Part shown: one piece after another, positions 56,478 to 64,000 of the stretch | How the letters are laid out: every line of letters begins with the position of its first letter | How positions within the stretch are numbered: the stretch's first letter is position 1 | Origin: Trichosphaerium sp. ATCC 40318 | Lineage: Eukaryota > Protista > Tubulinea | DNA length: 64,000 nucleotides | Direction of reading: 5' to 3' | NCBI GenBank assembly: GCA_038496445.1 | Contig: JALMLS010000062.1 | Span: forward strand, 674,870 to 738,869 | Translations under genes and position numbers: made by a program | Notes under the pieces: generated by a model | What the model was told of the DNA's origin: nothing | Database searches by the model: none | The model's input: only the letters and a program-made list of their open reading frames with translations

Positions 56478-57570
56478 CAGTAGTAAAATCGGGAGTACGG
56501 ATAATGTATGGGTAGAGTACAGGTCAAAAAGTACAGATCCTGTACGGGTTTTGTACGGGTCAATAACTCCATTAAACCCCTTTTTAAAGACAATTATTGG
56601 ATTTGAGATTTTTTGCCTAATTCTTGCTTAAGTATTTACAATAAGGCAGAATTGGCAAAAAAAGCAGGTAAAATGGCAAAAACATGAAGTTGGTTGATAT
56701 AAACTGGGTTTATTGTGCTGTGGATGACAATAACCACACGTGCTACAATACACATATATCACATGTGTGCCAAAACCACAACCATCAGTATACACGTTGC
56801 AATCAAAAAAAAACATTTGGCCACGCAAATTTTGTTTGGATTTGTGCAATCAAAAAATCCTTTAAAAAATTACTGCAATGAAATGGCAGCTTGTAATCGT
56901 AAGGTACAAAAACATTTATTATTAATAGAAAAGGGTGTTTTAAGGTTATTAGGGCATTTATTAAAAAGTTTTGAGACAAACTTAATAAAGTACAAAATGT
57001 AGCTTTTTGCTGAATTTTGTTGTTTTATTGAATAACTTTGGTCTGCCTGTACAAACTGTTCAGAAAATGTACATTAGGTGGAATTAGGAACAATGCATGG
57101 TTTTGGTGGTTTGGGGCAACTCACCATTTTTAGGCAAAAACGACAGAAAATATGTATTTGGAGTAGTTTAAGGATATTATGGCCTAATAGCTCTATTAAA
57201 CCACTTTTTAAAGGTGATTATGGGTTTCAAGCATTTTTCTGAAATAGTTGTTAAGTTGTGGATATTAAGTTGGGTTTTAGGACAATTAAGACATGATGTC
57301 TAAAATATCTCCTCAAACAGGTCAAAAACATGGTCGTTTAGTGGTAATGGGGTTGTAATGTAATGTAATGTATTGTAATGTGTTGTAATGTAAATGTACT
57401 TGTAATAGTTAAGAAAACAATAAACCAATCCATCGTTTTTACTATTTTGTGTACACAATTATAACTGCCAACACATATTTTGACCCATACCTAACCCGTA
57501 CGGGTTCCGTACTTTTGACCCGTACTCAACCTGTACGGAACCTGTACTTTTGACCCGTACTTTCGACCCT
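56478..57570. mobile_element. Rearranged partial copy of the CCCGTAC element family
   Basis: Terminus CAGTAGTAAAATCGGGAG at 56478. The stretch ~56750-57570 is a direct repeat of ~58090-58900. Confidence 0.75.
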
Positions 57571-57821
57571 AAATATCTATTTTCTATCATTTTTGCCTTA
57601 AAAAGGGGCACCTAACACCAAACCACCACAAAACCATGCATTATACCTAATAGTGGGCCATACCTCATTTTTTAAAGGATTGGGCAACAGAACATCTTTA
57701 TCCTTCCATCTTGGTGGTTTCAATTCCAAACTTATCCACTATTGCCAACAACTTTAAGGCCTTTTTGTGATCCAAGCACCTCTCCACTGCTTTGAGGTAA
57801 GTTGCAGTACTGGAATCGGGA

Positions 57822-58012
57822 TTTTGACCCGTACTAAACCCGTACGGAACCCGTACTTTTGACCCGTACTTAACCCGTACGGGTTCCGTACTTTTGACCC
57901 GTACAAAACCCGTACGGAACCCGTACTTTTGACCCGTACTTAACCCGTACGGGTTCCGTATTGTTGACCCGTACTCTACCCGTACGGGTTACGTACGGGA
58001 TCCGTACGGGTA
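57822..58012. repeat. Tandem 35-bp units TTTTGACCCGTAC-WNAACCCGTAC-GGRWYCCGTAC
   Basis: Visible head-to-tail units. Sister arrays lie at ~57480-57570, ~58822-59100 and, reversed and decayed, ~61095-61270. Confidence 0.9.
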
Positions 58013-58821
58013 GAGTACAATTAAATAGTATGAAAAATTGTAATTATTGGATACAGAATATACTCCTCTTTTTTCCATACAATGTATGTGTACACATATA
58101 TCACATGTGTGCCAAAACCACAACCATCAGTATATACTTGCAATCAAAAAAAAAATTTGGCCATCAAATTTTGTTTGGATTTGGCGATCAAAAAATCCAA
58201 AAAAAAATTACTGCAATTAAATGGCAGCTTGTAATCGTAAGGTACAAAAACATGTATTATTAATAGATGAGGGTGTTTTAAGGTTATTAGGGCATTTACT
58301 TAAAAAGTAGAGGAGAAAACTTAATAAAGTGCAAAATGTAGCTTTTTGCTGAATTTTGTTGTTTTATTGAATAACTTTGGTCTGACTGTACGAACTGCTC
58401 AGAAAATGTAGCATTAGGTATATTTAGGTACAATGCATGGTTTCATGATGGTTTGGGGATCAGCTCACCATTTTTAGGCAAAAACGACAGAAAATATGTA
58501 TTTGGAGTAGTTTAAGGCTATTATGGCCTAATAGCTCTATTAAACCACTTTTTAAAGGCGATTATGGGTTTCAAGCATTTTTCTGAAATAGTTGTTAAGT
58601 TGTGGATATTAAGTTGGGTTTTAGGACAATTAAGACATGATGTCTAAAATATCTCCTCAAACAGGTCAAAAACATGGCCGTTTAGTGGTAATGGGGTTGT
58701 AATGTAATGTAATGTATTGTAATGTGTTGTAATGTAAATGTACTTGTAATAGTTAAGAAAACAATAAACCAATCCATCGTTTTTACTATTTTGTGTAAAC
58801 AATTATAACTGCCAACACATA

Positions 58822-59100
58822 TTTTGACCCGTACCTAACCCGTACGGGTTCCGTACTTTTGACCCGTACAAAACCCGTACGGAACCCGTACTTTTGACCC
58901 GTACTCAACCCGTACGGAACCCGTACTTTTGACCCGTACTCAACCCGTACGGAACCCGTACTTTTGACCCGTACTCTACCCGTATGGGTTCCGTACTTTT
59001 GACCCGGATTAAACCCGTACGTAACCCGTACTTCCGACCCATACAAAACCCGTACAGGATCCGTACTTTTTGACCCGTACTCTACCCGTACATTATCCGT
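58822..59100. repeat. Tandem 35-bp CCCGTAC units (right subterminal array)
   Basis: Visible head-to-tail units. Confidence 0.9.
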
Positions 59101-59249
59101 ACTCCCGATTTTACTACTGTGTGAGCTTTGTAGGAGTGTTGGCTATGAGGTAAGGTGCTGTTGGCTTTGAAGTAGTTGGTGAGGTCATCGACTGTGAGGT
59201 AGTGTTGGCTTTGAAGCAGTAAAGATATCAACTTTGTCAAATTACAAGT

Positions 59250-59990
59250 ACTATTAGTACCAATACCATTCTTCATTTGGTATTGATTCACATTGAGAAT
59301 TATCTATAATAAGAGCAACAAGTATGTTTTGTTGGTGCCAAAACATCACTTTGTGTGGGTGGAATCTCTTCATCAAAGAGGAAAGAATTCCTGCATTTCC
59401 ATACATACAATGTATAGCTTTTTCTTTGTTGTTTGAATATTTGAGAGTGTTTTCAGACCATCTGTTCAGTATGCTGGACAAGAAGCAGTTTGAGCATAAA
59501 TCTCCAAAGAATATCATGTGGTCTATTGATACCGTTAAAAGAACTATTTGTCTTGAGCATCTTGGAAACATTCCACTTTTTATCTATCATTGCTTGAAGT
59601 GAGAGGCCATAACATCTAAGGGTTTAGGTGTATTGTTTTTGACAATATCAGACACTTTAACATGCTTTTGGTTGGGAGGTACCTTGATATAGTGTGACAA
59701 CTCTAGTGTGTCTCAACCATAACAATGCTTTAAAGTTGTTGGCAATGGTGGAGATGTCTGGGACTGGCAGGCCACCTAGATGGAAAGATAAACAATTTTT
59801 AGAGCCTAAAGAGGAATAATTATGAGAATTGTTACATACTTTAGAAACATTGTTGATGTCATAGTAACCATAAAAAAGGAACCAATTAACAATGTTGTGC
59901 CATTGCCTGTCAATATGGATGAAAATAGCCAATGGTCTAGCAAAGTAAAGCACTTGGGACTGTGCGTATGTTCTCAAAATAGAATGTTTG
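59250..59990 (-). mobile_element. Decayed non-LTR retrotransposon ORF2 C-terminal fragment (L1/Tx1-like)
   Basis: SQVLYF...IVNWFLF...CLSFHLGGLPVPDISTIANNFKALLWLR resembles the GGLxxPD thumb motif, followed by a degenerate C..H..C region with stops. A homologous fragment lies at ~57690-57780 (+). Confidence 0.6.
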
Positions 59991-59994
59991 GCAC

Positions 59995-60357
59995 AGGGTA
60001 AAGTACAATTAAATAATATGGAAAATTGTAATTATTGGATACCCCTCTTTTTCCCATACAATAAAATATCTTCTCAAACAGATCAAAAACATGGTTGTTT
60101 AGTGGTAATGGGGTTGTAATGTAATGTAATTTATTGTAATAATGTAAATGTGCTTGTAATAGTTAAGAAAACAACAAACCAATCCATTGTTTTTACTATT
60201 TTGTGTACACAATTATAACTGCTGACACATATTTTGACCCATAACTCATAGAGGTTTTGTACTTTTTACACTGATTAAACACATACATGACCCATACTTT
60301 CAATCCATACAAGAGTACTCTACCTGTACATTATTAGTACTCCTGGTTTTACTACTG
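59995..60357. mobile_element. Internally deleted, CpG-decayed copy of the CCCGTAC element
   Basis: Matches 58009-58083 joined to ~58646 onward. It ends TTTTACTACTG, and CG sites are converted to TG/CA. Confidence 0.75.
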
Positions 60358-61072
60358 ATTTACCCTTATGCTTGAGCCTCAACTGCATGATAAATCAATG
60401 CAACAATGTGGCAGGAGCCAAGGCCACTTAGACATGATCAATAGATTTTCATCAGCCTCTGGCCTGTTTTTTAACATGTTCAAATGTTTTCAGATCAAAG
60501 GGGTAGACAACTTACAACAGACACTTTTCTACAGGTTCTGTACAGGTTTAGTACAGGTCAAAATCCGATTTCAGTACTGAATAGGGTAGGAAAGAGTGGG
60601 TTACCTTGTCCTGTATGTACCATGTTCAACTTTGAATGTTCTGTTGGAGACAACCCTTTTTTTTTTTTTTTGCAAAAAAAGGTGGGTTTATTGTGCTGTG
60701 GACAACAATAACCACATGTGCAATTTTAGTACAGAAGTTACATTGTTAGAATAAATGGTTTAAATCCCATTCTTCTGAGCTATCACTAGCTGAGCTTCAT
60801 AGTCTGAATAATATTTATATCTTTTTCTAGTAAATCTGCAAGTTACAGGGGAGATTGGTGGGGCATGATACTATTGATTTGAGTTTTTGCAAACATTGCT
60901 GTAGGTAATGGAGGAGGCTTGGGTGGAGGTAGGCCAGCACCCCAGTCTTCCCAAGAGTCTTTAAAGTCTGATAGCCAGTTAGTTGATTTCCAATAGTCAC
61001 CAGTACAAATAAACTTGGCTTCATCTAAGGGCCAATCACATTGTGAGTTGTCAATATTGAAAGCCACCAATA

Positions 61073-61270
61073 CAGTAGTAAAATCAGGAGTACGGATAAT
61101 GTACAGGTAGAGTACGGGTCAAAAAGTACGGATTCCATACAGGTTTTGTATGGGTCGAAAGTACAGGTTTAATCTGTGTCAAAAGTACAGAACCTGTATG
61201 GGTTGAGTATGGATCAAAAGTATGGAACCCGTATGGGTTGAGTATGAATCAAAAGTACAGGTTCTGTACA
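61073..61270. mobile_element. Terminal fragment of the CCCGTAC element (inverted, decayed)
   Basis: TA|CAGTAGTAAAATCAGGAGTACGGATAATG, followed by decayed GTACGGG units. Confidence 0.75.
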
Positions 61271-61741
61271 GTAACAAATGCTACAACAATTGGATTAAAT
61301 CAGCTTCAAGTGTTAAATTTCCACCAACCCAAAAGTATGCTAAGGTTTCTAACATTGTCAAATTTAATACCCCCAAACCTGAAGATGTAATGTGGCCACC
61401 TACCCTACAATCCATGATCAATGACAGTTGGAAAGTCCACAAAATGCTCAAAAGTGCTAGTACCCTGCAGGGTATTAATAACCCTTTACATGCTATAGCT
61501 ATTGGTAAAATGTTATAAGCATCATGGTGAGAAAATATAAAAAAAATCATCCACTGACATCCAAACACTGGCTAATTGCCATGGTAGTAAAGTGAAGACA
61601 GCTAGAAGTAAAATCCTTTAGGAGATGTTGCATGCTTTGCTTAATTCTGGAAGCCTCCTTAAGACTACTGGTTGAGTGAAAATGATTACATTAGTGAGAA
61701 TCAACAGGATATTGAAAAGCTGCAAGATTTATTATTTTACA

Positions 61742-64000
61742 TTAAGCCAAATAAGATGCAGAGTTGGATTGTTTAATAGCCTGTACTTGTTCATAGGAGA
61801 ATAACTAAACAACAATCAACAGAAAAATAAAACAACAAAAACCAACCTGTTTTACTTCAACCCATTGATCTTGGTGAGTTCTGTTAAAGCTTCTTAATGC
61901 TTCAGCAACAGCTTCATTTATTGGATTTGGAGCATTGCGGTGACTGGCTATTTCCTCCCTATTGACTAGTTAGTTTAATAGCTAACAACCACTTGGGACT
62001 TGCATTATACTTGGTAACCACTTTGGCAAGCTGTATGGACAACTCTCTGCAATGGCAATCAAACCCAACACAGCCCCATGACGTTTAGCAATTGCCAGTT
62101 TTGCATCTGTTATGTTGTTTAGTGGCAATAACCTGCATCACATGTGTACCTTTGGCGTTTAACAGTTTCATTTGCTTTTTGGACAAAGGCAATGCTTGTA
62201 ACTTGAACCCATCAACCAATTTATCAACAGTCCATGCTGTTGACTTAATGATTGATGACAGACAAGTTTTGGCAACATTTCTGACTTCAACCTGGACATC
62301 CACCAAGCTTTGAGATACAAACACTAAAATGTGTTCAACATCTTGTTTAGACATGACACATGCGTGATTGAATGTCAATATCCTAAACAACAGCTCAATT
62401 GGTGGGCAGGAAATACAGAAACATGCACATACTGAAGGAATGGAAGCAATGCAACACGCACTCTCCATGCAGGATGGTCAGCTACCACCTGGATTTGTGA
62501 ATAGATTATATCATGAATATCTTTCTTGGTGTATAATATTTGTGAAGCAAGGGCCAATACAGCTCGTGCCAAATTCCTGGTTGGTTGAGTTAAACACATT
62601 GTAATAAATGTGAGACTATTGTACCTAACGTCTTCGTGTAATGCCACATGAAGTTTTAAAATAATTGGTAAAAGCTGTGGCAAGTAGTGAACCATAGGTG
62701 ATGAAATAGAAATACTGAGAACCATCTATTATTATTGGTTAAAAATTAAATGAACACTAACAACGCTTATCATACCCATTCAAGTATTGTTTCACATGCA
62801 TGTGCTATCGTGTCATTATCAGCAACTTTAAGCACAATGTAATTTTGGAGTATTTGTTTGAACTGCTGGACGTAAGATTGCAACGTTGAATCAATTGTCA
62901 GCTTCCATTTTCCCTGTTGTTGATAGGACCTGCCTAACTCGAATACCTACAACCCCTAAGCATTGTGTATGCTATGTGTATACACTGTACCTTGCTTATG
63001 ATGCTTGCTATTTGCTGGCGCACACGCTTGTAGTCATGGCCGAGTATATTCGCATCAGATACTGATTTTAGTAATGCCACTAGCCCACACTCAATTCAAA
63101 TATGCACAAGTAAAACGTACAGGCTTTTGGGTACGACCGCCAAGAAGTTCCAATGAGATATGCTTCTATAAAGGACAGCTTCTTTATCAGAGATGTGGAC
63201 GACTGGTTAGGATCAAACTCAATTGAGTCTAGCTCTTGTGGTATAAAACTGCAGCGTCTAGGATCCCTACTAGATTTTAGCATATCGAAATAACCACACA
63301 GTTGCGTGTGGTAACTAGTGTACCTGTCTTGTGCAGCATAACGCAATGCGAACTGCCAATCGTTGAGAGATTGTGGGGATTCGAATTTAGCGTGTAATGC
63401 ACGTGTGATGACGTCTTGAGCGAGTTTGCACTATTCAAATATGTTAGCCGCACTGTTGTTAACAATAACTAAAACAAAAGCATCACACACCATGACAACA
63501 CTACGAGCGTAGTCCGTCTTATTTGAGGCAAGGACGAGTCCAATGAAGATCTCAATAACTACACATTGTCTAGATAGAACCACAATATTAGCTGCGGCCA
63601 CATGGATGAAACACAAACGCACGAAGCACGTGAAGTGGACATTGCTTTCTCTAGGAGTAATTCTCTACAGGCTTCACAAGCACCATCAACCATGTCAAAG
63701 ATGGCCATCCAAAAGTATGTTAGTTCTACGCCACCACGTGAACTATTAGACGCAAAGCTCACAGACCTGCCTTATTTGTGAGTGTGGATAGTGGCGTAAA
63801 GTTGTAGGTAGGAAACGTACTCAAAGGAAGCGGTCATGTGGAAAAGGTTGCTCATCGATGATTTTAGCAAGTTAACTCCAGACAAGCCACGACCATTGTC
63901 TCCTGACTTGGTAAAAACGTATTGCTCTTCCAATCGTGTCAGGAGCTGCTCTAGTTGAGGCCGTTCAACCAACCACGTCAAGCTGCGTAGCAATATAGGG
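61742..64000 (-). CDS. PSME4: Proteasome activator PA200/Blm10, 3' part (5'-truncated by window)
   Basis: HPAWRVRVALLPFLQ, LVDVQVEVRNVAKTCLSSII, RHGAVLGLIA...PYSLPKWLP, FNRTHQDQW and C-terminus SASYLA*. Confidence 0.9.

Larger units (their letters stand above)
57805..59119. mobile_element. Non-autonomous TIR element (1315 bp) with subterminal CCCGTAC arrays; best-preserved copy of a local family
   Basis: Imperfect TIRs CAGTACTGGAATCGGGA / CAGTAGTAAAATCGGGA, with TG on both flanks. 35-bp tandem units lie inside both ends. Related ends occur at 56478, 60357, 60579 and 61073. Confidence 0.78.

Noticed and set aside
57822-59100. 35-bp repeat arrays as a CRISPR array
   Set aside because: The units are head-to-tail with no unique spacers, there are no cas genes, and the context is eukaryotic and inside TIR elements.
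56478-59119. One 2.6-kb element bounded by the long perfect-looking inverted ends at 56478 and 59119
   Set aside because: The flanks do not match (TA vs TG). Both are the same end type from oppositely oriented copies, and 57805-59119 pairs the two end types with matching flanks.

Overview
AT-rich, gene-dense eukaryotic DNA using the standard code. Introns are many and short (mostly ~45-70 nt, donors GTAC/GTAA, CTAAC-like branch points), so the ORF track shows only exon fragments and genes were rebuilt here by manual splicing. An RpkA-type GPCR-PIP kinase and an AAC4-like gene suggest an amoebozoan-type protist (inference). Conserved genes: a large HECT E3 (3' part), DIPP-type Nudix, class-3 lipase, BK/Slo-type K+ channel, CPBP protease, AAC4-like, PPIL1, HEI10-like, GPCR-PIPK, START protein, ALG11, NDUFA12, RluA-type pseudouridine synthase, NDUFAF6, RPL5, a classical PTP, a ZIP transporter, LZIC and PSME4/Blm10 (3' part). 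Three things stand out. (1) At 20902-26607 (-), a single-module NRPS-like gene splices in frame as START lipid-binding domain, STI1-like linker, half condensation domain, glycine-type A domain, PCP and thioesterase. This is a candidate undescribed lipid/sterol-glycine conjugating enzyme. (2) At 40245-44058 (-), an Atg1/ULK kinase is fused directly to an Atg11/FIP200-type ubiquitin-like plus scaffold region. (3) At 6.7-11.1 kb, three intact genes and one decayed copy encode a secreted prepropeptide with an invariant 62-aa, 10-Cys mature region. This cluster has been reshuffled by inversion, gene conversion and a MITE. The 55-61.3 kb region is a CpG-eroded island of nested TIR elements and non-LTR remnants. 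Several GC-AG introns are required by reading frame. Family calls rest on motif recognition from memory, with no database search, and some exon boundaries are approximate.
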